Position numbers and translations under genes: made by a program
Shown: one piece after another, positions 44,823 to 53,185 of the stretch
Position numbering within the stretch: position 1 is the stretch's first letter
How the letters are laid out: each line of letters begins with the position of its first letter
Notes under the pieces: generated by a model
Databases searched by the model: none
Told to the model about the DNA's origin: nothing
The model's input: only the letters and a program-made list of their open reading frames with translations
Source of the DNA: Candidatus Hadarchaeum sp.
GTDB taxonomy: Archaea > Hadarchaeota > Hadarchaeia > Hadarchaeales > Hadarchaeaceae
Assembly: GCF_038871235.1 (NCBI RefSeq)
Contig: NZ_JAVZIN010000011.1
Location: 1-54,851, forward strand
Length of the DNA stretch: 54,851 nt
Direction: 5' to 3'

Positions 44823-45310
44823 ATGCGCAAATACATGAATACACTTAGACGTAAAACAGATGAGGTGAAGATCCAACTTTTAAAAGGTAAAGTAGCTGAA
44901 TATGTAGCTGTTCGCTTCTTCCAACGGTGGTTATCCTTGGTCAGAAAAAGGTGTGGCAAAGATATGGACTCCTTACTTGTCGCTTGTTATTTCAGTTACC
45001 CGTACCGGAGCATGCGACAAAAATTAACGTGGGCGTACATCATTGAAGAAAAGTTATTGATGCCCGAGCTTATGCCCATTTTCAAAATTCTAAAAAATAA
45101 GGGTTGTGCATCTGACTTAATAGCTGAGGTCGACTTTTGTGAAATAAAAACTGAAAAGTATTTCATAGAAGTGAAATATGGTAGATCGCGCTTAGATCCA
45201 TGGTAGAAACTATCCCAAGAACTCTAAAAAACGAAAGTTTTATCCCCGTGATTATTCGCGTTAGACGCGTGAATCTGGCTAAAAACCTTTTCGACATTGT
45301 GTTCGAATAA
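44823..45310 (+). pseudogene. Decayed PD-(D/E)xK nuclease
   Basis: 'KGKVAE...SDLIA...FIEVKYG..RL..W', then TAG at 45204 and a frameshift. The tail 'LKNESFIPVIIRV...FE*' ends at 45310. AT-rich. Confidence 0.6.
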
Positions 45311-45526
45311 TTTGAGATGAAAAATATTCGACCCGTTGTACAATCTACTTAACTTGGGTTATGAAGTCCTGAAAAAAGTGGGAATGATGGAGTTTAAAAA
45401 AATAAAACTTAAATCACTAACACTGATTCGAAATTTAACGTTTTGGCCAACGAAAAAGAAGATATAAAAACACAGATTCTGTAAAAAAGAAACATTTAAT
45501 AAAAATAAAAAATAGCGTCTTATTTA

Positions 45527-47197
45527 TCATAATCTAAACTCTTTGAGCAAAATCAAAGGAACCTCTCTATTCATATTGACATTAACTAACTTGAACTTTG
45601 CTCCGTAAAAAATTTTTTCGTCCTCTGGAATCGGTTCTACTTTCCAACCTTTTCTGATCTTTTTTCTATTTAGATCATACGCTACAAGTAGCATTATATC
45701 CTCAATTTTCTTTAATCCCTTGTCATGGTCCGCCATGAATTCTACTGCATCAACCTTGTATTCAACAAATCCTTCGACCATAAAAATATCGGGCTTTTGT
45801 TTAATTTTTCTGAATCCTTCTTGAATCAATTCCTGAGCACGGGGCTGTAGGTCAGATATTTTTACCGAATATCTAATAATGGCGTCGTATGGGGCATCCG
45901 AACTCTCAGATAATGTTTGATAACCTTTTAATATGCCTTTACCAATCAGTTCGTGGAATATTCCTACTACACTTAATTCCTCCCCTTTAGTGGGAACTTT
46001 CGCATATGGGATTTCTGCGATCTTAAGATCTTCTTTATTCCTAGCCTGATTTTTTAGTTGATCTAAAACCGGGATTGTAACTCTTGGTGGCGGAGTAAAG
46101 AGTCTCGCATATCTAACTACTTTTTGGTTGAAAAAATCTGCCAAATCTCTGTGAATTTGAATTAAATCCGAGCGGGTAATCGATTTTCGTCCAACATCTA
46201 AAGCTACATCGTCTCTCTCTATCAAGACAAATAGATTTCCCCAATAGCCAGCATAGCCAGTCTTTGGGGGAGATATTTCTACAGGCATGGGGGCACCTTT
46301 AACCCCCAAAACGATTGTTGCCGGAAATGGATATTGGCCTTTTTCTGATCGCAAATCTTCTCTCGCAAAAGTTGCTCGAATTTTTCTGTCTTTGTCCAAG
46401 ATATCAAAAAGATAATCCTGATAAAAACCGTCTGGATAATCATTAATTTTTGTATCATTTTCTAGTTCTTCAAATGTTTTTACATGATCCGAATATTTGA
46501 GACTCGGATGCAAGAAACAAAAAGGTATTTTTCTTGTGGTTCTTATTTCGTCGCCGGATTCGTCTTTAGTGATGAAACAAACTTCAATTTCGATGTCAAT
46601 GTCCGTTTCGGCCAATGCGTTTCTCGTGTTTCCAACAGCAGTGAACAATCTAAGCGCTTCGGCTAGGTCTTCAATATCTTTGAAGTCAGTCTTGAATTCA
46701 ATACTTTTCGTTGTTATTTTAGTGTAGTTTGAGGTTTGTGTCCTTGCCACTTCCACAATTTTGAGCACAGGTTCTTTTCTACTGAGTAACGCATCTCTCG
46801 CTTTTTCACAAACAGCTCTAACCTTTTTGCCATCTTTTACTGATTCTACCTCAAAGTAGTCAGAGACAAGCAAAACATAGGAACCACCAACCCCTTTTTC
46901 CCCTATAAGAAAGGATCTCAAATCCTCTTTGTCAGTTCTTCCTAATGCAAATAGCTTTAAATCTTCTTCATCCATACCAGTTCCGTTGTCAAATACAGTA
47001 AACAAGCCTTTAGGAGCGTTAAATTCAACGTATATCTTGTTTCCAGATTTGCGTCCCGTTCGTCTAATCGCATCAACTGAATTTTGTAATAATTCCGAGA
47101 GGAAATCTGTTTCGTAATGATAGCTATCTACTATATCTTTTCCAATACGAAAAAGATCCGCTTCGCGGAAAATTCCGATTTCATTCATTTTTATCAA
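45527..47197 (-). CDS. GHKL (MORC/Hsp90-like) ATPase with C-terminal PD-(D/E)xK-like nuclease domain
   Basis: GHKL motifs 'ELLQNSVDA', 'DNGTGM', 'IGEKGVG', 'YT.I'. C-terminal 'E..V...F...YDA...VEYK'. Markedly AT-rich. Confidence 0.8.
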   Translation of the reverse strand: MIKMNEIGIFREADLFRIGKDIVDSYHYETDFLSELLQNSVDAIRRTGRKSGNKIYVEFNAPKGLFTVFDNGTGMDEEDLKLFALGRTDKEDLRSFLIGEKGVGGSYVLLVSDYFEVESVKDGKKVRAVCEKARDALLSRKEPVLKIVEVARTQTSNYTKITTKSIEFKTDFKDIEDLAEALRLFTAVGNTRNALAETDIDIEIEVCFITKDESGDEIRTTRKIPFCFLHPSLKYSDHVKTFEELENDTKINDYPDGFYQDYLFDILDKDRKIRATFAREDLRSEKGQYPFPATIVLGVKGAPMPVEISPPKTGYAGYWGNLFVLIERDDVALDVGRKSITRSDLIQIHRDLADFFNQKVVRYARLFTPPPRVTIPVLDQLKNQARNKEDLKIAEIPYAKVPTKGEELSVVGIFHELIGKGILKGYQTLSESSDAPYDAIIRYSVKISDLQPRAQELIQEGFRKIKQKPDIFMVEGFVEYKVDAVEFMADHDKGLKKIEDIMLLVAYDLNRKKIRKGWKVEPIPEDEKIFYGAKFKLVNVNMNREVPLILLKEFRL

Positions 47198-47527
47198 TTG
47201 AAATTAATAATTAGTGTATATAAATTTTTAACCCCAACGATCTCATTTTTTAGAATTATCGAACTTATCAGTGCTGCTTATCCCATGATCTAACACGTCT
47301 CTCTTCATGGCCCTGTTTATAACTGCGTATAGAAAGAGGCAATCAGGGCAAGATTTAGGTATTTATTGGCGAAAAGGAGCTATTTAAAGGTAGATTTTGT
47401 TGTTCCAAAGATTTAAAAGGCTGGGATTGGCTAAATCGGTGTCCAAGCTATCTTAGATGGCATATTTTTGAGGTCAAAAGTGGGAAAATGATAAAAAAGT
47501 TAAAAATTAACCATCCAAACTTATAAC

Positions 47528-48547
47528 CTAAAGTTTCGGCCCCGGATCCCGTATCAGCGGCGCCGTGGCACAGTGAGGCCCACCGCCCGCCTTGATGAAC
47601 TCGCCCATGTCCACGGCGATGACGTCCACGCCTTCCTTCTCCAGCCTCCTCCGGGTAAACTCAAACCCATCCAGCATCATCACCTTGCCCGGCTCCAGCG
47701 CCAGGGTGTTACAGGCATAGTCCTTCCCCTCCTCGGGCGGGACCTCGATCAGGTTAATCTCCTTCTCCCTCAGATACTCCAGAAAGTCGTAGGGAACGCC
47801 GGGCGGGTAGATCAGCGCCAGCCCGTCGTCAACATAACCGAAGACGCAGTCCAGGTGGGCGAAACCACCCGCGGGCCAGTCGGTGTTCTCCAGCCACCCC
47901 GGAATGGACACAACCTTGATCTCCTCAACCCCCACCGACTCCAGCACCCTCGAGACCTGGTCTATCCCCTCCTGGTTCGTCCTGATGCTCTTCCCGATGC
48001 ATACGTGTGCTGGATCGAGCCAGACCACGTTGCCGCCCTCGAACGTCCCCTTCCCCCGAACCGTGTACAGGATGGGGCAGCCCAGCTCCATGACTCTCTT
48101 CGCAAACCAGACCTCGCCACCCCGGTCCCAGGGCAGCGACATGCGGTGAACGATGGCGCCCCCTTTGACCACGAAGCCAAAGTCCCTGGTCCCCCAGAGC
48201 CCCTGCAGCACCGCGTAGGGTCCCCTGGCCATGGGCGGAGCCTTCATGTCGTAGACCTTCACCCCCTCCTTCTTCATGACCTCGACAAACCGGTCGTGCT
48301 GCTCTGCCGCCTTCTTCGCGTCCGGCGCCGACTTCATGCCGAACCACCTCCAGTCCTCCTTCAGCGGCGCGATCTCGGGACCGGGACGCTGCACCAGAAC
48401 CTCCCGGAGTCTTCCGATCTCGCTCTGGGCACCCCACCTCTTGCCCCAGATGTGCTTCAGCTCGTCATCAAAACTCAGAGGAATCGGCACCGCGGGTTTC
48501 TTCTTGTCAATCTTTCTCAACGCCTCCTTGACCTTGTCCACCTCCAA
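47528..48547 (-). CDS. Amidinotransferase/DDAH/arginine-deiminase (pentein) family protein
   Basis: 'SEIG.LREVLV.RPG', 'TRD', 'EGG', 'HLD', 'GGGPHC.T.P..R'. Confidence 0.9.
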   Translation of the reverse strand: MEVDKVKEALRKIDKKKPAVPIPLSFDDELKHIWGKRWGAQSEIGRLREVLVQRPGPEIAPLKEDWRWFGMKSAPDAKKAAEQHDRFVEVMKKEGVKVYDMKAPPMARGPYAVLQGLWGTRDFGFVVKGGAIVHRMSLPWDRGGEVWFAKRVMELGCPILYTVRGKGTFEGGNVVWLDPAHVCIGKSIRTNQEGIDQVSRVLESVGVEEIKVVSIPGWLENTDWPAGGFAHLDCVFGYVDDGLALIYPPGVPYDFLEYLREKEINLIEVPPEEGKDYACNTLALEPGKVMMLDGFEFTRRRLEKEGVDVIAVDMGEFIKAGGGPHCATAPLIRDPGPKL

Positions 48548-48677
48548 CCACCACGTTAAGTTTAGAAACGCCTTAATTAAACAGTTTAGTGTGCCCAATT
48601 TGTGGCATTAAAATAACGCGTCAACTTTATTTATTTTCAAGATAATTTAATTTGGAAAAATGGAGGGAGGTGGAGAA

Positions 48678-48761
48678 ATGGCCAAGAAAAAGAAGGCGGC
48701 CAAGAAGAAAGCTAAGCCCGCCGAGGAAAAGCCCGCCGAAGCGCCGAGCTGTGGAGGCTGA
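48678..48761 (+). CDS. 27-aa Lys/Ala-rich microprotein ending in CGG
   Basis: GGAGGTG RBS 6 nt upstream. Translates MAKKKKAAKKKAKPAEEKPAEAPSCGG. AT-rich promoter upstream; hairpin and T-tract downstream. Confidence 0.7.
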   Translation: MAKKKKAAKKKAKPAEEKPAEAPSCGG

Positions 48762-48842
48762 TCCGCCGCTCTGTTTTTAACTTCTCTCCCTCGAAATTCT
48801 CCATTTTATTGTAATTCTGAACCACCTGTTTCCCTAAAACTG

Positions 48843-50126
48843 CTAACCGCTGGGATCGAGCACGCGTCCCATGAAGAGAACCGCTCCTGTGCTGGTGTCG
48901 TGTATCAGGAAGATGAAGGGGCGATCCATGGAGACGGTGATCGGTGGAGGCAAAACTGCGGTGAGTTCCATGATTACCGCGGTCGCTGCCGCGGCCTCGG
49001 TGCCCTTCTCGTCGACGGAAATGAAGGCCTTGTGCAGCACCTTGCTGATCTTCAGCCTGTCCTGAGCCATCCCGGTAAAGTCGGCCTGATCGCTGAAGGC
49101 CGTTGCCATCCCCATCCCGGCCAAGGTTTCCGTGAGGTCCAGCGGGAACTCAAAGCGGAACTTCGGCATCTTCACGATCACATTCTGGCTCTCCAAGCTC
49201 GCCACGATTTCCCTCAATCGCCCGGCCGTCAGTGTGCCCTCAAACTCCTCGAAACTCTCCGGCAGGATGACCAGCATCGCCGCGGTGGTGTCCCGGTAGG
49301 GCAGCTCGACGGCCCGGTAGCCCTCTCCCTCTGTGTAGCGGATACGCTCACCCTTAGGCCAGGACATCGTAGGCACGGTGATCTGAGAACCGTCCAGAAG
49401 CGTGAAGACACCGTCCGCTGTCAGATTCTCCGAAAACTGATGCTCCCAGACCGCGTTGAAGTAGATGGCGTTGGTCAGCACCAGCCTGGTCAGCGCGTCG
49501 ATGGCCCCGGGCGGAATCAGGTCCTTTATCTTTCCCTTTGTCTGCTCGCTCACCCAGTCGTTTATCCTGACCCGGGCCGACTCGGGGTTCTCCCGGAAGT
49601 TCAGCCCGCGCAGGCCGGCCCCGTAGTTCAGGGCCAAGACATCGAGGAACTCTTGCCTGAACTCAAAGCCGATCTGCCCCCAGATCGAGTTCGCGATGTT
49701 GAGCCTGAAGTTCTCGCTGTTCTGGGCCATGAGGGCGAGGTCCAGCGCGTTGAAGGCGGGATGCAGCCTTTCCTGAGGCAGGGTGAAGTGGAGCACCTCG
49801 GCCATCTCCTGAGCGGTGGAACCGCGGGCACCGGCATAGGTCATCGCCAGCGCCAGCGAGATGCTGTAGGGGGAGAAGAAGAGGTTGCCCTCGGAGCCGC
49901 GAACCACCCTGTAAAGATCCAAGGCAAAACTCGAATTGCCGTCAACCAGCTCCGCCTGATCAACAGGTGATACGCTGGGGCTAGTATTGCGGGAAAGGCT
50001 GGAATGGTAGAACTCCTCACCGGAGGCTGCATGGGTTCCCCAGAATACTGCGCCCAGCGTGGCCAGAACCACAACGACAACAATCACCAGCGCCAGAATG
50101 CGAAGGGCCGAGTATCCGAGCCTCAC
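48843..50126 (-). CDS. Secreted serpin (inhibitory-type hinge)
   Basis: 'N.FFSPYSI..AL', 'IN.WV...T.GKI', 'NAIYF...W', 'EKGTEAAAATA', 'DRPF.FLI...LFMGR'. N-terminal signal/anchor. Confidence 0.95.
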   Translation of the reverse strand: MRLGYSALRILALVIVVVVVLATLGAVFWGTHAASGEEFYHSSLSRNTSPSVSPVDQAELVDGNSSFALDLYRVVRGSEGNLFFSPYSISLALAMTYAGARGSTAQEMAEVLHFTLPQERLHPAFNALDLALMAQNSENFRLNIANSIWGQIGFEFRQEFLDVLALNYGAGLRGLNFRENPESARVRINDWVSEQTKGKIKDLIPPGAIDALTRLVLTNAIYFNAVWEHQFSENLTADGVFTLLDGSQITVPTMSWPKGERIRYTEGEGYRAVELPYRDTTAAMLVILPESFEEFEGTLTAGRLREIVASLESQNVIVKMPKFRFEFPLDLTETLAGMGMATAFSDQADFTGMAQDRLKISKVLHKAFISVDEKGTEAAAATAVIMELTAVLPPPITVSMDRPFIFLIHDTSTGAVLFMGRVLDPSG

Positions 50127-50396
50127 GTTAAACCCGGATAAACCTCAGCTCTCTCGGCTTATTAATTAAGTTTCATTTAAGCAACTTGGCGCTTCGACTT
50201 GTCAAGAGCCTCAGAGATCTTCAGAGGTGTAATAGGCGAATTCTTGGTTAAGTACAGCCAAAGATTAGAATAAACATGATTTGAGGATAAAAAATAGAAG
50301 GATGTTTTTGAAGAAGGGAAGTTACAAGCTGACAAAAGCGTTTATAGAGGAAAAAGAAAAGAAAAAATGAGACTGGTGTGGATAAATAGGGTGTGA

Positions 50397-50903
50397 GTGT
50401 TGGGTATCCGAGATAATTTAGAAGCGGGGCGGGAATGGTGGGCATCCGAGTTTAAGAGAATTTTTCCCACCTGCCCCATCTGCGGTTCTGACTCGGGTTA
50501 CGATGTCACCCGCAAGTTCCTGACTTATTACGCTAAATGTAGGTCGTGCGAGGCGGTTTGGCAGCCAATTGTTGAGGGCCCAGTCTGGAAGACGGAACAC
50601 AGATATCTCCTCGTGGAACCTGACAAAGAAATGCGGGCCAGTTCTCTGGTCAAAAAAGGGGACAGATGGCATAAGGGTTATAAAGCCGAATTCTGGAAAT
50701 CGCTGAACTTGGGCCCGAGAGAGCCAAAGCCCACGGCACCACCCTTACCACCATTAACGGACTTGGAGGAGGAAGTTTTTGATTACATCGATAAACATGG
50801 CGGAGAAATCTCCATCCCGCAGGCGAGCGAGGACCTGGGCCTGAGCGAGGCAAGGTTGAAGGCGACAATCGATAAACTTAAGGAGAAGAAATATATCGAA
50901 TAG
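50397..50903 (+). CDS. Zn-ribbon + C-terminal wHTH protein
   Basis: 'CPICG...KC.SC.AVW', a Pro linker, then 'EEVFDYI..HGGEISI..AS.DLG.....LK..I..L'. Confidence 0.7.
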   Translation: MLGIRDNLEAGREWWASEFKRIFPTCPICGSDSGYDVTRKFLTYYAKCRSCEAVWQPIVEGPVWKTEHRYLLVEPDKEMRASSLVKKGDRWHKGYKAEFWKSLNLGPREPKPTAPPLPPLTDLEEEVFDYIDKHGGEISIPQASEDLGLSEARLKATIDKLKEKKYIE

Positions 50904-50927
50904 TTTAGGAAAGGGAGTAGAAAAAAG

Positions 50928-51752
50928 ATGGCATTTCTCCCGAAAAAGAGGCCGCGCAAGCCCCCTGAGGAGAAACTTAAGGTAAGAGTTGTTTATCGTC
51001 CCCCGAAGGGTCCAGTAGAGTTCGGAAAACCCAAGACAAAGCCAGAGATGCCGCAGGCCCAGCCGGCTGAAAAGGTGCCGAAGGAAACTTTCAAAGTGAC
51101 CACTGAAGCGAAAAGAGCTATTGTCGAGCACATGGAAACTCCAGTTAAAAAAGGAGTATGGAAAACGCTCCCCACCGCACAGAAAATCCTGACAGTGGTT
51201 ATACCGGCGGCCATTATCGTCCCCATCTTCGTTTTTGTGATCTATCCTTCTATTGTTCCTTTACTCACTCCGGCGCGTGATTTGACTGGGACATGGAGAG
51301 ATTCAATTTCGGGACGAGGTTTAATATATTGGGCTGGACATACAAGCCCTGGAGCATTTGTCTCCGATAACCCCGAGGACCCAACTGTAGACTTAGCAAT
51401 ATATTGCACTGTTGAGTGGAAAGTGACGCAATCTGGCGATACTATCGCTGGGCCTATGACAATCAAGGTGGTAAAGATAGGAGGGACAAACCCACTTTGG
51501 GCAGCTTTACAAGGGATAGCAGTGGGAAATACATATGTGAACTATGTGACCGGAATTGTTGAGGGCACCAAAATCACACTTACGGAATCACCGGAGGGAT
51601 ACTCGGGTATATGGCCGGCGGGGTCTGGTACATTTACGTCTGATATGATGACAATCACGAAGTCTGTACCTGCGGAAGCGTACGAGGATAGCGGAGTAGT
51701 CACTTTTGTACCATCTGTTCGTAATAAACTGAGCCTCAAACGGGTCTGGTAA
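50928..51752 (+). CDS. Hypothetical single-pass membrane protein
   Basis: Basic/Pro-rich N-terminal region, one TM, then a beta-rich extracellular part ('DLTGTW'). Confidence 0.7.
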   Translation: MAFLPKKRPRKPPEEKLKVRVVYRPPKGPVEFGKPKTKPEMPQAQPAEKVPKETFKVTTEAKRAIVEHMETPVKKGVWKTLPTAQKILTVVIPAAIIVPIFVFVIYPSIVPLLTPARDLTGTWRDSISGRGLIYWAGHTSPGAFVSDNPEDPTVDLAIYCTVEWKVTQSGDTIAGPMTIKVVKIGGTNPLWAALQGIAVGNTYVNYVTGIVEGTKITLTESPEGYSGIWPAGSGTFTSDMMTITKSVPAEAYEDSGVVTFVPSVRNKLSLKRVW

Positions 51753-51807
51753 TCTTCAGAAAAAAGCTTGTATGGCTCGGCGACATATGATGATCTAAGA
51801 TAAAATT

Positions 51808-52401
51808 TTAACTTCTCGTCCCTGTTTCCAGCTCTCCCTCTTCAGCCCTGACCTCCTCGGCCTTCTCCTTCCCCAACAGCAGCCCCAGCAGCTGCCTCTG
51901 GTCCACCTCGGCCATCGCCCGCCAGCCCAGGTAGAGCAGCCCCTGCTCGTCCTCAGAGAGGTAACCCCGCCTGATGAAGCGGTCAATCGTCGCCTCCACC
52001 CGCCAGCGGGGGAACTTCTCCTGGAGGATGCGCTCGACCTCCTTCAGCGGCGCCTTGCCCCCTCTGGAGAGGATGTGAGCCAAGGCCACGGTGAGCATCG
52101 CCATGTCGTCCACCCGCCAGCCGAAGGTGCGCGCGTCCGAGAGCCTAGGATGTCCGCGCAGGGTGATGAAGTAGCGGTCCGACTCCGAGTTCTCCTCACC
52201 CTCGCTGACCCGCTTCACCGTCAGCCCCAGCTTCTCCAGCTCGGCGTCCAGCAGCTTCAGTATCTGCTCATAGTCCCGCCCCAGCGCCCGCCTCAGCTCC
52301 CAGGCCTTGGCCCCGGGCTGCATGTGGTGCCTGAAGAAGAGCAGCTGGGCCGCCCGCGCCAGCTTCTCCCTGAGCTCAGCCACATCCGGTGCCTCAGGCA
52401 C
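51808..52401 (-). CDS. Kite-type (ScpB/Nse1-like tandem winged-helix) SMC accessory subunit
   Basis: Two wHTH-like halves, ending 'I....GYL......L.LGWR...E'. Translationally coupled to the kleisin-like gene. Confidence 0.65.
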   Translation of the reverse strand: MPEAPDVAELREKLARAAQLLFFRHHMQPGAKAWELRRALGRDYEQILKLLDAELEKLGLTVKRVSEGEENSESDRYFITLRGHPRLSDARTFGWRVDDMAMLTVALAHILSRGGKAPLKEVERILQEKFPRWRVEATIDRFIRRGYLSEDEQGLLYLGWRAMAEVDQRQLLGLLLGKEKAEEVRAEEGELETGTRS

Positions 52402-53185
52402 GCTTCTTCCTCCTCTTCAGCCAATCCTCGCGGCTGATGGCGATGGGCACGGAAAAGGTGGCCACATTCTCCAGCACCTGCGGCTTCGGCAGCGGCTTCA
52501 GGTTGATCTCATCCTCGAGCGGGTCGATGTCCAGCGTGGCATAGCCGTAGCTCACCAGGAAGCTGACCAGCCAGGCCCGGAAGACCGTCTCCTCAAAGCT
52601 CTTTCCCTGAATGAACTTCCAGTAGGAGATGAACTCCTTGTTCCCGACCGCCTCCCTCAGCTCCCTCCAGGTCCGGTCGAGCAGGGCGGTGAGGTCCTCG
52701 TCGCTGAGTATTCCCATCTTGGCCAGCTCCCGGCGCGCGATCTCCCCAGTCATGACCTCGGTGACCTCCAGCTCCTTGAACCGCTCGTCAAGGCCGGGCA
52801 GGTTGCGCCAGTAGTCAAGGCCCTCCCTGACCGCGGGCAGGGAGAGGCTTTCGAGGTCGATGATCGGGTGCCAGGAGCGGACGAGCACCTCGGCCAGGTC
52901 TTGCGGCTGCAGCGCGTAGAGCTTGAGCGTGATCAGCAGCGGGTCGAGGTAGAGTAGGGAGGACTTGTGCTTGATCCACTCGCCCTGCTGGAAGATGACG
53001 TCGGCCAGCCCGAGCACCGCCTGAACATCGAGGTAGAGCTCCTCGTTGGTCTTCAGCTTGGGCAGCAGCTCTCTGAGTCGGTCGAAGAACTCCCGGACCT
53101 CGACATCGAAGGGGTCCAGCCCGCTCTTCCGCACCGAGTCGCAGAGCTCCACGATGCGCTGCAGCAGCTCCTGTCGCTCCTTCAT
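52394..53185 (-). CDS. Kleisin (ScpA-like) SMC accessory subunit
   Basis: N-terminal 'LDPFDVEV..F...L' (ScpA DPWDIDI-like). C-terminal wHTH 'F.ETV...LVSFL...G'. Adjacent to the SMC gene. Confidence 0.7.
   Translation of the reverse strand: MKERQELLQRIVELCDSVRKSGLDPFDVEVREFFDRLRELLPKLKTNEELYLDVQAVLGLADVIFQQGEWIKHKSSLLYLDPLLITLKLYALQPQDLAEVLVRSWHPIIDLESLSLPAVREGLDYWRNLPGLDERFKELEVTEVMTGEIARRELAKMGILSDEDLTALLDRTWRELREAVGNKEFISYWKFIQGKSFEETVFRAWLVSFLVSYGYATLDIDPLEDEINLKPLPKPQVLENVATFSVPIAISREDWLKRRKKRA

Noticed and set aside
48750-48842. Selenocysteine read-through at CGG-TGA
   Set aside because: The downstream frame is T-rich and terminator-like, runs into the convergent serpin gene, and no archaeal SECIS is recognisable.
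47573-49970. Long antisense ORFs (47573-48559, 48900-49970; likewise 11989-12966, 18137-18955, 23772-24731)
   Set aside because: Shadow frames of well-supported genes with high GC3; no motifs.
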